Numbered from the stretch's first letter, positions 1 through 11,839 are shown. The stretch is 64,000 bases of DNA from an uncultured Candidatus Rokubacteria bacterium (GCA_963789955.1 CAWBMV010000034.1:736001-800000); one strand, 5' to 3'. The notes: generated by a model not told the origin, from the letters alone. Numbers and translations: made by a program.

Positions 1-429
1 TCAAGAGCCAGGAGATGCGCGACAAGATCGGCGTGTACGAGAAAGCTGGATATCCGAACTATCCGCCGGCGAACGACGACGGCTATCCGACCCGCCTCGA
101 CGTCTCCCGGCGCCTTGCGATCTTCTTCTCGGTCTTTCCCGATTACTACGAGACGTTCCGTCCCGAAGCTCGACGGGCCGTTCGTCCCGGCGGTGGCCGG
201 ACCCGACAAATCCTACATCGCCAACGAGAAGTACAAGGACACGCCGGGTGCGGTCCTGCGCGTGGGCAACCTGCCGCACAACGCGCCTCAGGGCGTGCAC
301 TCGGGCGAAGACGTGGTGCTGACGGCAACGGGGCCGGGCGCCGACCGCGTCCGTGGATTTCTCGACAATACCGAGGTGTTCCGAATCATCGTGGACGCGC
401 TGGGTCTCGGGGCCGTGCCCGCGCAATGA
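1..429 (+). CDS. Alkaline phosphatase (PhoA-type), C-terminal part, truncated by window edge; internal frameshift
   Basis: C-terminal motif GVHSGEDVVLTATGPGA..GFLDNTEVF is typical of alkaline phosphatases; frames 15.. and 115..429 join near 150-170. Confidence 0.7.
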   Translation, partial: SRARRCATRSACTRKLDIRTIRRRTTTAIRPASTSPGALRSSSRSFPITTRRSVPKLDGPFVPAVAGPDKSYIANEKYKDTPGAVLRVGNLPHNAPQGVHSGEDVVLTATGPGADRVRGFLDNTEVFRIIVDALGLGAVPAQ

Positions 430-872
430 TTCGCCTGTCGCGCGCCGGCGCCGGGCTCGTGGCGCTGACCCTGCTGGCCTTCGGACTCGCCGAGGGCGGC
501 GGAGAGCGACTTCGGTTCGCGGATCTCTATCAAGGATCCGGTGTGCTTGGCGTGAAGTTCTCCGATACCGCGTCGCGCCTCGTCGGCAAGCCCGTCGTCA
601 TGCGAGGGTTTCTGGCACCCCCGCTGAAGGCCGAGGCCACGTTCTTCGTCCTGAGTCAGCGACCCGTCAGCGTGTGCCCGTTCTGTCAATCCGATGCGGA
701 CTGGCCCCAGGACATCGTAGTCGTCTATCCGGGTTCGGGATCGGTCGCGTACCGCTCGGGGTCGGCACCGGTTGAAGTGAGCGGTGTCCTCGAGCTCGGC
801 GCGAAGCTCGACTCGGCCACGGGCTTTCTCAGCCAGGTCCGTCTGGTCGACGCGACCGCGCGCCCGAAGTGA
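426..872 (+). CDS. Exported DUF3299-like protein with CPFC motif
   Basis: ATG at 426 overlaps the upstream TGA; signal-like N-terminus; GKPVVMRGFLAP...VCPFC...VEVSGVLELG. Confidence 0.6.
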   Translation: MIRLSRAGAGLVALTLLAFGLAEGGGERLRFADLYQGSGVLGVKFSDTASRLVGKPVVMRGFLAPPLKAEATFFVLSQRPVSVCPFCQSDADWPQDIVVVYPGSGSVAYRSGSAPVEVSGVLELGAKLDSATGFLSQVRLVDATARPK

Positions 873-878
873 GCGACG

Positions 879-1583
879 ATGGGCGCGGCGCTTCACGCGC
901 ACGACGTACGTCTCGCATACCCGATGCCCGGCGGAGGGCGTCGGCACGTCCTCGACCTGCCACGGTTCACGCTGGCCGCCGGCGCGCGCGTGGGAATCGC
1001 CGGGCCGTCGGGTTCGGGCAAGACGTCACTCCTGTACGTGTTGACCGGGATCGAGACGGCCGAGGCGGGCGAGATCTCGTGGGCGGGCCTCGACATCGGC
1101 CGCCTCGCCGAGAGCGCGCGCGATCGCTGGCGGCGGGCGACCGTGGGCTTCGTCTTCCAGGATTTTCACCTGCTCCCGGGAATGTCCGCGCTCGACAACG
1201 TCCTCGTCCCGACGACGTTCGCCTATGCGCGCAGGCCGCGGCCGCTTGTCCAGCGTGCGCGCGACCTGCTCGAGCGGGTCGGCCTGGAGCGGAGCGCCGC
1301 GCGTGTGGAGGTGTTGTCGCGCGGCGAGCAGCAGCGCGTCGCGTTCGCGCGGGCGCTCCTGTTCGCGCCTTCGGTTATCGTGGCCGATGAGCCGACGGCG
1401 AGTCTCGACGGGGAGAACGCCGCTCACCTCGGCGAGCTCTTGCTGTCGCTCTGTGCCGAGATCTCGAGCACACTCCTGGTGGTCAGCCACGATCGCCGGC
1501 TGCTCGAGCGGCTGGACACCGTGCATACCCTGGTGGACGGCCGCCTGGTCTCGCCGTCGCCGAAAGCGCTGACCGCCGCGTGA
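879..1583 (+). CDS. ABC transporter ATP-binding protein (LolD/MacB-like)
   Basis: Walker A GPSGSGKT, LSRGEQQR signature, ADEPT Walker B, H-loop. Confidence 0.9.
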   Translation: MGAALHAHDVRLAYPMPGGGRRHVLDLPRFTLAAGARVGIAGPSGSGKTSLLYVLTGIETAEAGEISWAGLDIGRLAESARDRWRRATVGFVFQDFHLLPGMSALDNVLVPTTFAYARRPRPLVQRARDLLERVGLERSAARVEVLSRGEQQRVAFARALLFAPSVIVADEPTASLDGENAAHLGELLLSLCAEISSTLLVVSHDRRLLERLDTVHTLVDGRLVSPSPKALTAA

Positions 1584-2787
1584 TCAATCCACTGCCGGTC
1601 GTCGTCTCGGAGCTCCGGCGCTCGCGGGCCAGCACCATCGCGGCGATCGGGCTGGTCGCCGTCGCGGCGGCGCTGGGTGTGGCCGTGTCGGCGCAGGAGC
1701 GCGCGCTTCGCCAGGGCTCGGCACGCGCGGCCGATCCGTTCGATCTGCTGATCGGGCGTCGAGGAAGCCCCACCCAGCTCGTGCTGGCCAGCGTGTACCT
1801 GCAGCCCGACGCGCTGGATCTGGTCTCCGGAGATGCGCTCAAGCGTCTACAGGCCGAGCCCGGCGTCGTGCGCGTCGTGCCGCTGGTGTTCGGCGACTCC
1901 TATCGCGGCCGGCCGGTGGTCGGGACGAGCGCCGACTTCGTCACCGACGCCGGCCGGCGGCCTCTCGCCGAGGGGCGCGCGTTCACCATGATGCGAGAGG
2001 TCGTGGTGGGAGCCGACGTGCCCCTTCGTGTCGGCGAGTCGTTCGCGCCGAGTCACGGTCACATCGACGGCGAGGATCTGGTTCACGCAGGCTTCACCTA
2101 CGTCGTCGTCGGCCGCATGCCGTCTCTCGGCAGCCCCTGGGACCGGGCGATCGTGGCCCCCGATCGAGGCGCTGTGGCGCGTCCATGCGCGGCCGACGGG
2201 ACACCGCGACGGGTGTCGACCGGGTCGGGCCGCCGTGGGACGCCGACGATCTGACGGGCGTTTCCGCGATCGTCGTGACCCCGCGCTCGGTGGCCGACGC
2301 CTACCGGCTCCGCGCGAAGTACCGGGACGGCGACACGATGGCCGTCTTCCCGGGCGAGGTGCTCGTCGAGCTGTACGGAATGCTCGGTGACGCGCGGCGA
2401 CTCCTGTCGGTCTTCGCTCTGTTGACTCAGGCGCTCGTCATCGCCGCCGTGCTTCTGGCGGTGGTCGCCATCGAGGCGCAACGCCGTCGACAGCTCGGCA
2501 TCTTGAGAGCGTTAGGCGCCTCGCGCGCCTACGTCTTCTCCGCCATCTGGTTGCACGTGACCCTGCTGGTCGGCGTCGGGGCCGTGCTCGGATTGCTGCT
2601 CGGCTGGCTCGGCGCGTGGGGGATCTCGCGAGCGCTGGCGGCGCAGACCGGCCTCGCGCTGCCGGTCGGGATCGCGCCGCCTGAGCTGACGTTGGTCGGC
2701 GGGTTGATCGTGATCGGTGCCGCCTTCGCGCTTCTCCCGGCCTGGCGTTGCTATCGCCGCCCGGCATCGGCGCTGCTCAGGTCGTAG
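1580..2787 (+). CDS. ABC permease, MacB/FtsX family (frameshift near 2160)
   Basis: N-terminal TM, periplasmic domain with SHGH, C-terminal RRQLGILRALGAS FtsX motif in ORF 2185..2787. Confidence 0.85.
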
Positions 2788-2798
2788 AGCCATGCGAA

Positions 2799-2843
2799 CT
2801 TCACCGGGCCGACACACGCGCGCAACGAGCCGGACGTGATACT
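2799..2843 (+). promoter_or_regulatory. Pho-box-like promoter of phoD
   Basis: CTTCAC(2799), CGACAC(2810), CGCAAC(2821) at 11-bp period, then -10-like GATACT(2838). Confidence 0.6.
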
Positions 2844-2871
2844 TTTCCGCAGGTCAACAGGAGGAGCGCCC

Positions 2872-4465
2872 ATGAACCGCCGGAAATTCCTCAGACAGTC
2901 CGCTCTCGCCGTCGGTGGCGCTCACGACCTCGTCTCTCATCCGGCGCCCGGTGTGGGCGCAGGGCACGGCGCCGGCGGTCGTGACGTCCGACAAGGCGCG
3001 TCCGGCGATTCCGTACGGCGTTCAGAGCGGTGACGTCCTGAGCGACCGGGCGATCGTGTGGAGCCGGACCGACCGGCCGGCGCGGCTGCTCGTCGAGTGG
3101 GCCACGAGCGACACGTTTCGCGATGCGACGCGGATCGTCGGCCCCGCGGCGCTGGCCGAGAGCGACTTCACGGCGCGCGTCGATCTGACCGGGCTGCCGC
3201 CGGGACAGCAGATCTTCTATCGCGTGCTGTTCGAGGATCTCGCGAGCCCGAAGGTGCTGAGCGCGCCGGTGACCGGCCGATTCCGGACGCCGGCGCCGAC
3301 CCGCCGCACGGTGACCTTCGCGTTCTCGGGCGACGAAGCCGGGCAGGGGTGGGGCATCAACACCGCCTGGGGCGGCATGAAGATGTACGAGGTCATGCGG
3401 CGCGACGAACCCGGACTTCTTCATCCACTCCGGCGACCAGATCTACGCCGACGGGCCGATCAAGGCCGAGGTCGCGCTCGACGACGGCTCGGTCTGGCGC
3501 AACGTGACGACCCCGGCCAAGGCCAAGGTGGCCGAGACGCTCGAGGAGTTCCGCGGCAACTTCGCCTACAACCTGCTCGACGACAACAAGCGCCGCTTCT
3601 GCGCCGAGGTCCCGATGCTCGTCCAGTGGGACGACCACGAGACGCGCAACAACTGGTATCCGGGCCAGACGCTCGGCGACGAGCGGTACCGCGTCCGCAG
3701 CGCGTCGCTCCTGGCCGCGTTCGCCAAGCGCGCCATGTTCGACTACAACCCGTTCCGCTTCGACCCGATCGATCCGGAGCGCATCTACCGGTCGTTCGCC
3801 CACGGTCCGTCGCTCGAGGTCTTCATGCTCGACGAGCGGAGCTATCGCGGGCCGAACTCGCCGAACCGTCAGACCGACGCTCGACGACGGAGGCCGCGTT
3901 CCTCGGCGCCGCGCAGCTGCGCTGGCTCAAGCAGGCGCTGCGCAGCCTCGCGGGCCACCTGGAAGGTGATCGCGAGCGACATGCCGATCAGCATCGTCGT
4001 CCCCGACCTGAACTCCGACGTGCCCAAGGGCACCTTCGAGGCGTGGGCCAACGACGATCACGGCGCGCCGCTCGGGCGCGAGCTCGAGCTCGCGAGCCTG
4101 TTCGGCTTCATCAAGCAGCAGCGCGATCAAGAACGTCGTGTGGGTGACCGCCGACGTCCACTACGCGTCGGCGACCTACTACGACCCGGGACGCGCGCAG
4201 TTCACCGACTTCACTCCGTTCTGGGAGTTCGTGGCCGGGCCGATCAACGCCGGCACCTTCGGCCCCGGCGAGATCGATCGCACGTTCGGCCCGGACATCA
4301 AGTACTCGTCGGCGCCGGATGGCGATGAAGCAGAACCGGCCGCCGACCGACGGGATGCAGTACTTCGGCCTGGCGAAGATCGACGGCGCGACCGAGATGC
4401 TGACCGTCTCCTTCAACGACCTGACCGGCAAGACGCTCTACCAGATCGACGTCAAGCCGGCCTAG
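2872..4465 (+). CDS. phoD: Alkaline phosphatase D, Tat-exported (several frameshifts)
   Basis: MNRRKFL Tat motif after GGAGGAG RBS; GVQSGDV, WDDHE, LDERSYR, TADVHY PhoD motifs across frames. Confidence 0.9.
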
Positions 4466-4483
4466 AGGGCGTCCACCGGACAC

Positions 4484-4867
4484 GTGCTCAGCGGTCGAGG
4501 GAAGTTCCAGAAGCGGCGCGTCGTCGACGGCGGCCTCGAGATTTCCACGTCGGGCTCGACCGACGACGAACGTCTGCGCGAGTGGATCAGCGAGTCCCAC
4601 GCCGTGCTGCCGAGGCTCCGGGCCCTGGTGCGCAACGGCGACGTCGCCCGGAGCCGCTGCGATCTCGTCGTGGAGGATCTGCGTCGCCGCGTCGAGGAGC
4701 TCGAGGAAGAGCTGGCGCGGCGGGTGGACGCCGCAAGGTCAGTCGCGGTCGCCGAGAGCCGTCGCGTCGCGGCTCGCCGCAGAACCTTCGCGCTCCCGTC
4801 ACGAAATCGCAACGCGCCGCGGCTACGGTTGGCGCGGACATGGTGGTCGATCGTTCGCCGGCCGTGA
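4484..4867 (+). CDS. Small coiled-coil hypothetical protein
   Basis: ORF fills the phoD-phnC gap; heptad-like LRRRVEELEEELARR; 3' end overlaps the phnC promoter, so the end is uncertain. Confidence 0.4.
   Translation: MLSGRGKFQKRRVVDGGLEISTSGSTDDERLREWISESHAVLPRLRALVRNGDVARSRCDLVVEDLRRRVEELEEELARRVDAARSVAVAESRRVAARRRTFALPSRNRNAPRLRLARTWWSIVRRP
4786..4829 (+). promoter_or_regulatory. Pho-box-like promoter of phn operon
   Basis: CTTCGC(4786), CGTCAC(4797), CGCAAC(4808) at 11-bp period, then TACGGT(4824). Confidence 0.6.
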
Positions 4868-5668
4868 CGCTCGATGCCGTCGGCAAGGTCTTCGCGGGTA
4901 AAGCGGCGCCCGCCCTCGACGATCTCTCCGCCGTGATCGAGCCGGGGCAGTTCGTCGCGGTCATCGGCAAGTCCGGCGCCGGCAAGACGACCCTCCTGCG
5001 CTGCCTCTCGCGCGCCACGCTCGTCACGCGCGGCGCGATCCGCTTCGACCAGACCGATCTCGCGCGGCTCCGCGGCGCGGCTCTCCGCGCCCACCGGACG
5101 CGGGTCGGGATGATCTATCAACAGTTCAATCTCGTCCGGCGCCTGCCCGTCGTCGACAACGTGCTGATCGGACGCCTCGGCCGGCTCCGCGGCTGGGCGC
5201 GCTGGGCCGCGCTCGGGCATCACTTCGACCGCCATCAACGGGAGATCGCGTTTCGTTGCCTCGACCATGTCGGGCTCGCTCGACCGCGTCTGGCAGCGGA
5301 CCGACACGCTCTCCGGCGGCGAGCAGCAGCGCGTCGCGATCGCGAAGATCCTGGCGCAGGAGCCGACGGTCGTGCTGGCCGACGAGCCGGTGGCCAGCCT
5401 CGATCTCAGCAACGGCCGGCTGGTCATGCAGACCTTGCGTCGCGTGGCCTCGGCGGTCGGCATCACCGTCATCGCGACCCTCCACCACGTGGAGCTCGCG
5501 CGAAGCTACGCCGATCGGATCCTCGGCCTGAAGGGCGGTCGGCTCGTCTTCGACGGATCGCCCTCCCAGCTCACCGATGCGGCGCTGTTCGAGATCTTCG
5601 GTGAATTCGTGACCGAGCCGGCCGGACGAAGCGAGGGCGAGCGGCTCGGCGAGCTGGCGGCCTCATGA
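4840..5668 (+). CDS. phnC: Phosphonate ABC transporter ATP-binding protein (frameshift near 5275)
   Basis: GKSGAGKT, GMIYQQFNLV, LSGGEQQRVAIA, LADEPVASLD. Confidence 0.9.
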
Positions 5669-6481
5669 GCACGGCCTTCACCTCGATCCACGCCGGGCCG
5701 GCGCCTGCCGGTTCCGGCGAGGCCGTCCGCCGTCGGCCGGACCATGCTCGCGACGATCACGTTGGCCGTCGTGTTCGGACTCGCGGCGCGCGTGGTCGAG
5801 CTGCGGCCGATCGAGCTCTTTCGCGACATCGGCAATATCGGCGTGTTCCTCCGCGGCTATCTCCATCCGTCGTTCGGTAACGTCGGCGAGTACGCGTGGC
5901 AATGCGTGGTCACCCTCTGCATCGCGCTCTGGGGCACCGTGCTGGCGCTCCTGGTCTCGGTGCCGCTCGGCCTGCTCGGCGCGCGCAATCTCAGCCCGCA
6001 CCCGCTGGTCTATTTCGCCGCGCGCCGGCTGATGGACGTGCTCCGCGCGGTGAACGAGTTCGTGTTCGCGCTCATGTTCGTCACCGCGGTCGGCCTCGGC
6101 CCATTCGCCGGCATGCTGGCGCTCGGTATCCACACCGGCGGAGTCCTCGGCAAGCTCCTGTCCGAAACGATCGAGTCGGTCGATCCGGGCCAGGTCGAAG
6201 GCGTCACCGCCGTCGGCGCCGGACGACTTCAAGTCATCGCCTTCGGCGTCGTGCCCCAGGTCCTGCCGAATTTTCTCTCGTACGTGCTGCTCCGGCTCGA
6301 GTCCGACATCCGCTCGGCGTCCGTCATCGGGATGGTCGGCGGCGGCGGCATCGGCTTCTATCTCTGGGACACGATCCGCTCGTTCAAGGACGGCGAGGCG
6401 GCGACGGTGATCCTGCTGATCGTGGCGATGGTGATGTGCATCGACGTCGTCTCCGCTCGCGTGCGGCGGGCGGCGATCTAG
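5665..6481 (+). CDS. phnE: Phosphonate ABC transporter permease (frameshift near N-terminus)
   Basis: VGLGPFAGMLALGIHTGGVLGKLLSETIE, IRSASVIGMVGGGGIG. Confidence 0.92.
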
Positions 6482-6492
6482 GGAGGTCATTC

Positions 6493-7384
6493 ATGCGCCC
6501 ACTCCGAATCGTGCTCGCGGCGATGCTCACGGTGCTCGCGATGGTCGGCGCCGCGGCGCCACCGATCCGAGCTGGCCCAAGGAGGTCACGTTCGGCCTCT
6601 TGTCCACCGAGAACGCCGCCGAGATCACGCGCCGGTGGGCGCCGATCCTGGCCCAGCTCGAGAAGGACCTGGGAGTGAAGGTCAAGGCGGTGACCGCGAC
6701 GGATTACCGCGGCACCATCGAGGCGCTGAAGTTCAAGAAGGCCGAGCTCGGCCACCTCGGGCCCAAGGCGTACGTCGAAGCCTCGAACAACAACTACGCG
6801 AACGTCGAGCCGATCGCCCAGCTCCAGCTCGCGAACGGCTCGCTCGGCTATCGCTCGTGCCTGATCGTGCACGCCGACTCCGACATCTTCAGCCCCGAGG
6901 ACATGGCCGGCAAGACCTTCGCCTTCAACGACCCGAACTCGACCTCGGGCTATCTGGTGCCGTCGGCGTTCTTCATGATGGAGCTCGGCGTCGATCCCAA
7001 GAAGCACTTCTCGAAGGTCACGTTCTCCGGCTCGCACGAGGCGTCGATCCTGGCGGTGGCCGCGAAGAAGGTCGAGATCGCCTCGACCAATCTGCCGGAT
7101 CTCCAGCAGCTCACGCGGGAGAACAAGGTGCCGCGCGGCGCCCTGCGCGTGATCTGGGTCTCGAAGCTGATCCCGAACGACCCGATCGTCGTCCGCAAGG
7201 ACCTGCCGGCGAGCTTCAAGTCGGCCGATCGCAGGAGTCGCTGACGACGATGCGCGCGCGGAACCCGGAAGCGTTCAAGGACATCGGCGCGTGGCTCGGC
7301 GACTTCGTCGCGGCCGACGACAGCAAGTACCAGGTGATCCGCGACCTGAACGAGACCGCCAAGAAGCTCGCCGCGCAGAAGTAA
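6493..7384 (+). CDS. phnD: Phosphonate ABC transporter substrate-binding protein (frameshifts)
   Basis: Signal peptide; STEN, DPNSTSGYLVP, GSHEAS, IPNDPIV motifs. Confidence 0.9.
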
Positions 7385-7830
7385 TGAGCCCGGCCGAGGC
7401 TCGGCGGCGGTGGATGGCGGTTCTGGCTCAGGCCTCGCCGGATGAGCTCGAGGGTCGCTGGCGCGACGTGGCCGCGCCGCCGCCGCATCGCATGCTGCGA
7501 CCGCCCGAGACCGGCCTCGTGATGGTCCGGGGCCGCGCGGGCGGCACGGGCGCGCGCTTCAACGTGGGCGAGATGACGGTGACCCGCTGCGCCGTCGAGC
7601 TCGAAGGCGGCGCCGTCGGGCGTGGCGTACGTCCGCGGGCGGGATCGGCGCCACGCCGAGCTGGCGGCGGTGCTCGACGCATTACTGCAGGATCCGGCGC
7701 GCCGCGAAGATCTCGAGCACTCGGTCGTCGCGCCGCTCGTCGCGGCCCGACCGCCCGCCGGCGGGCGGCCGCCGAGCGCGTCGCGCCATCGCGTGTCGAG
7801 TTCTTCACCTTGGTCCGCGGAGACGACTGA
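7384..7830 (+). CDS. phnG: C-P lyase subunit PhnG (frameshifts)
   Basis: RRRWMAVLA, PETGLVMVRGRAGGTGARFNVGEMTVTRC, VEFFTLVRGDD. Confidence 0.92.
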   Translation: MSPAEARRRWMAVLAQASPDELEGRWRDVAAPPPHRMLRPPETGLVMVRGRAGGTGARFNVGEMTVTRCAVELEGGAVGRGVRPRAGSAPRRAGGGARRITAGSGAPRRSRALGRRAARRGPTARRRAAAERVAPSRVEFFTLVRGDD

Positions 7831-7832
7831 CG

Positions 7833-8412
7833 ATGCTGCCCGGGCTCGCCGACCCGACGCTCGACAGCCAGCGGGTCTTCCGGAGCGTCCTCGAGGCCAT
7901 CTCGCGGCCCGGTCGGATCGTCGACGTGGCGGCCGCGATCCAGCCGCCCGTCCCGCTTCATCCGGCCACCGCCGCGGTGTGCTTGACCCTGCTCGATTTC
8001 GACACGCCGCTCTGGCTCGACGGCGCGGCCATGCGGCCCGAGGTCGTCGAGTGGCTGAAGTTTCACTGCGGCATGCCGCTCGCGGCCGAGCCAGAGGCGG
8101 CGGGCTTCGCGCTGGTCGCCGATGCCGAGCTCATGCCGCCGCTGAGCTCGTTCAACGCCGGGACCGCCGAGCATCCCGAGCGCTCCGCGACGGTCATCGT
8201 CCAGGTTCGGGCTCTGATCGGCGGCACGGGGCGGCAGCTGACCGGCCCTGGCATCGCGGGTGAGGTTCACCTCGATGTCACCGGCGTCCCCGAGAGCTTC
8301 TGGACGTGGGCGTCGAAGAACCATGCGCAGTTCCCGCGCGGCGTCGACGTCCTCATGAGCGCCGGACAGGTGATCGCCGCGTTGCCGCGCACCACCGCGT
8401 GGGGAGGACTGA
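7833..8412 (+). CDS. phnH: C-P lyase subunit PhnH (frameshift at extreme C-terminus)
   Basis: SQRVFRSVLEAISRPG, LTLLDFDTPLW, LTGPGI, FPRGVD, ALPRTT. Confidence 0.92.
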
Positions 8413-8415
8413 GCC

Positions 8416-9532
8416 GTGTACGTGGCCGTCAAGGGCGGCGAGCGCGCGATCGCGAACGCGCACCGGCTCCTGGCCGAGGAGCGGCGCGGCGATCCGTCGG
8501 TGCCGGAGCTCAGCCTGATCCAGATCGACCAGCAGCTCGGCCTCGCGGTCGACCGCGTGATGATCGAGGGCTCGCTCTACGATCGCGAGCTCGCCGCGCT
8601 GGCCATCAAGCAGGCGCGCGGCGATCTGATCGAGGCGATCTTCCTGGTGCGCGCCTACCGGACGACCCTGCCGCGCTTCGGCGCGACGCCAGCCGATCGA
8701 CACGGACGCGCATGGCGATCCGCCGGCGCGTCTCGGCGACGTTCAAGGACGTTCCGGGCGGCCAGATTCTCGGCGCCGACCTTCGACTACACGCACCGGC
8801 TGCTCGATTTCGGTCTGGCCGACGCGCAGCGCTCGCCACCGCCGCGCGAGGCCGATTCCGCTGCGGCGATCCGGCCGGCGGACCTTGCCGCCCTCGGCGG
8901 ACGGATGCCGCGCGTCATCGACATTCTCGACCGCGACGGCCTGATCGAGCCCGAAGAGCCCGACACGGACCGCCGCGCCGTCGGCGATCTGACCCGCGAG
9001 CCGCTCGACTTTCCCGGCCGGCCGCGATCGTCGCGGCTGCAGAGCCTGGCGCGCGGCGGACGAGGGTTTCGTGCTGGCGCTCGGCTATTCGACCCAGCGC
9101 GGCTACGGCCGCAACCATCCCTTCGCCGGCGAGATCCGCGTGGGCGAGGTCGAGGTCGAGCTCGTGCCCGAAGAGCTCGGCTTCCCGATCACGATCGGCG
9201 AGATCACGGTCACCGAGTGCCAGATGGTGAACCAGTTCAAGGGCTCCGCGACGGCGCCGCCGCAGTTCACGCGCGGCTACGGGCTCGTGTTCGGCCACGC
9301 CGAGCGCAAGGCGATGACGATGGCGCTCGTGGACCGCGCGCTCCGCTGCCGCGAGCTGGGCGAGAGCCGACCTCGCCGGCGCAGGACGAGGAGTTCGTCC
9401 TCTACCACGGCGACAACGTCGAGGCCTCGGGCTTCGTCCAGCACCTGAAGCTGCCGCATTACGTCGATTTCCAGTCCGAGCTGGTGCTGATCCGCACGCT
9501 CGCGCGCCGAGGCGCGAGGCCCGGCGCGATGA
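8416..9532 (+). CDS. phnI: C-P lyase subunit PhnI (frameshifts)
   Basis: MYVAVKGGERAI, LALGYSTQRGYGRNHPFAGEIRVG, HLKLPHYVDFQSEL. Confidence 0.93.
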
Positions 9533-10361
9533 ACGGCTACAACTTCGCGTACCTCGACGAGCAGACGAAGCGGATGATCCGCCGGGCCATCCTGAAGGCG
9601 GTGGCGATCCCCGGCTACCAGGTGCCGTTCGGCAGCCGCGAGATGCCGCTGCTCGTACGGGTGGGGCACGGGCGGCGTGCAGGTCACCGCGAGCGTGATC
9701 GGACCCGACGACGTGCTCAAGGTGATCGACCAGGGCGCCGACGACACCACCAACGCCGTCAGCATCCGCCGATTCTTCGAGCGGACGACCGGCGTGCGGA
9801 CGACGACACGCACCGATGCGGCGACCCTGATCCAGACGCGCCACCGGATTCCCGAGACGCCGCTCGCCGAGGGCCAGATCGTCGTCTTCCAGGTGCCGAT
9901 CCCCGAGCCGCTGCGCTGGCTCGAGCCGCGCGAGACCGAGACGCGCAAGATGCACGCGCTCGAGGAGTACGGCGTCATGCACGTGCGGCTCTACGAGGAC
10001 ATCACGCGCCACGGTCACGTCGCGACCGCGCTACGACTATCCGGTGCTCGTCGAACGGCCGCTACATCATGCGGCCCTCGCCGATCCCGAAGTTCGACAA
10101 TCCCAAGCTCGACCGGTGTCCCGGCGCTCCTGCTGTTCGGCGCGGGCCGCGAGAAGCGCATCTACGCGGTGCCGCCGTTCACCTCGGTGCGGAGCCTCGA
10201 TTTCGAGGATCACCCGTTCACGATCGAGCGGTGGGACCAGACCTGCGCGCTCTGCGGCGGCGGCGGACGTCTTCATGGACGAGATCGTGGTCGACGACAA
10301 GGGCGGGCGGATGTTCGTCTGCTCCGACACCGATTTCTGCGAGCGCCGTCGTGGACGCTGA
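9529..10361 (+). CDS. phnJ: Alpha-D-ribose 1-methylphosphonate 5-phosphate C-P lyase (radical SAM; frameshifts)
   Basis: YNFAYLDEQTKRMIRRAILKA, IQTRHRIPE, CALC...FVCSDTDFC cluster ligands. Confidence 0.93.
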
Positions 10362-11129
10362 CCGCCCGCTGCTGCGAGCGCGGGCGTCACGCGATACTAC
10401 GGAGCGCGCGTCGGTTGCCGCGACGTCGGTCTCGACCTCTGGCCCGGCGAGGTGCTCGGCGTGGTGGGCGAGTCGGGCTCCGGCAAGACGACGTTGCTCG
10501 GCTGCCTGTCCGGGCGCCTCGAGCCCTCGGCCGGCAGCGTCGAGTTCAGGCAGCGCGACGGCACGGTCGTGGACGTGCTCCGGATGGCGGAGCCGGCGCT
10601 CCGCAAGCTGGCCCGCACCGATTGGGGCATCGTCCATCAGAACCCGCGCGACGGGCTGCGCCTGGGCGTGAGCGCCGGCGCCAACGTCGGCGAGCGCCTC
10701 ATGGCGCTCGGCGCCCGGCACTACGGTCGGATCCGGGATGCAGCGTTCGACTGGCTCGGCCGGGTCGAGATCGACCACGAGCGGATCGACGACTGGCCCG
10801 AGACCTTCTCGAGCGGGATGCAGCAGCGGCTCCAGATCGCCCGGACCCTGGTGACCGAGCCGCGGCTGGTGTTCATGGACGAGCCGACCGGTGGCCTCGA
10901 CGTCTCGGTCCAGGCGCGCCTGCTCGACCTGCTGCGGCGGCTCGTCACCGATCTGGGCTTGTCGGCGGTGATCGTGACCCACGATCTCGCCGTCACCCGG
11001 CTGCTCGCGCACCGGCTGCTGGTGATGCGCGGCGGCGAGGTGGTCGAGTCGGGCCTGACCGACCAGGTGCTCGACGATCCCCAGCATCCCTACACCCAGC
11101 TCCTGGTCTCCTCGGTGCTGCAGCCGTGA
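10351..11129 (+). CDS. phnK: C-P lyase ABC-like ATPase PhnK (N-terminal frameshift)
   Basis: GESGSGKT, HQNPRDGLR, FSSGMQQRLQIAR, GLTDQVLDDPQHPYTQLLVSSVL. Confidence 0.93.
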
Positions 11130-11839
11130 GTGCCGACCGGGGCGGAGCGGTGCTCCTCGTCGAGGGGCTCCGCAAGACGTTCACGCTCCACACGCAGGGC
11201 GGGATCCAGCTTGCCGTGCTGCGGGGCGTGGACCTCGCCGTGTACCCGGGCGAGTGCGTCGCGCTGACCGACCCGTCCGGGTCGGGGAAGTCGACCTTGC
11301 TGCGGGCGATCTACGCGAACTACCGGCCGCAGCGAGGCCGCATCCTCGTCTCGCACGGCGGGGGCCTGGTCGATATGGTCGACGCGGGGCCCCGCGACCT
11401 CCTCGCCGTGCGCCGGCAGACGATCGGCTATGTCAGCCAGTTCCTCCGGGTGATCCCGCGCGTCCCGACGCTCGACGTCGTCATCGAGCCCCTCCGGACG
11501 TTCGGCGTGGCGCGCGAGACGGCGCTCGAGCGCGGCCGGGCGCTCCTGGCGCGACTCCGGATTCCCGAGCGGCTGTGGAGCCTGTCGCCGGTGACCTTCT
11601 CCGGCGGCGAGCAGCAGCGCGTGAACCTGGCGCGGGGATTCGTCGCCGACTTTCCGATCCTCCTGCTCGACGAACCGACGGCGTCGCTCGACGTCGCGAG
11701 CCGGGCCATCGTTGTCGAGCTGATCCGCGACGCGCTGGCGCGGCGCGCCGCGATCGTGGGCGCCTTCCACGACGCGGAGGTACGCGAGGCGGTGGCGACG
11801 CGCACGGTGACTCTGCACGGCGCGGGAGCGGCCGCATGA
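11126..11839 (+). CDS. phnL: C-P lyase ATPase PhnL
   Basis: KTFTLHTQGG, YVSQFLRVIPRV, TFSGGEQQRVNLAR. Confidence 0.93.
   Translation: MSADRGGAVLLVEGLRKTFTLHTQGGIQLAVLRGVDLAVYPGECVALTDPSGSGKSTLLRAIYANYRPQRGRILVSHGGGLVDMVDAGPRDLLAVRRQTIGYVSQFLRVIPRVPTLDVVIEPLRTFGVARETALERGRALLARLRIPERLWSLSPVTFSGGEQQRVNLARGFVADFPILLLDEPTASLDVASRAIVVELIRDALARRAAIVGAFHDAEVREAVATRTVTLHGAGAAA

Noticed and set aside
8416..10671. Apparent PhnI-PhnJ fusion in the ORF track
   Set aside because: An ATGA overlap at 9529-9532 shows the normal stop/start coupling; one indel just upstream explains the read-through.
11260..11300. PhnL Walker A reads TDPSGSGKST rather than GxxGxGKS
   Set aside because: The core SGSGKS is intact; one substitution is not enough to claim inactivation.
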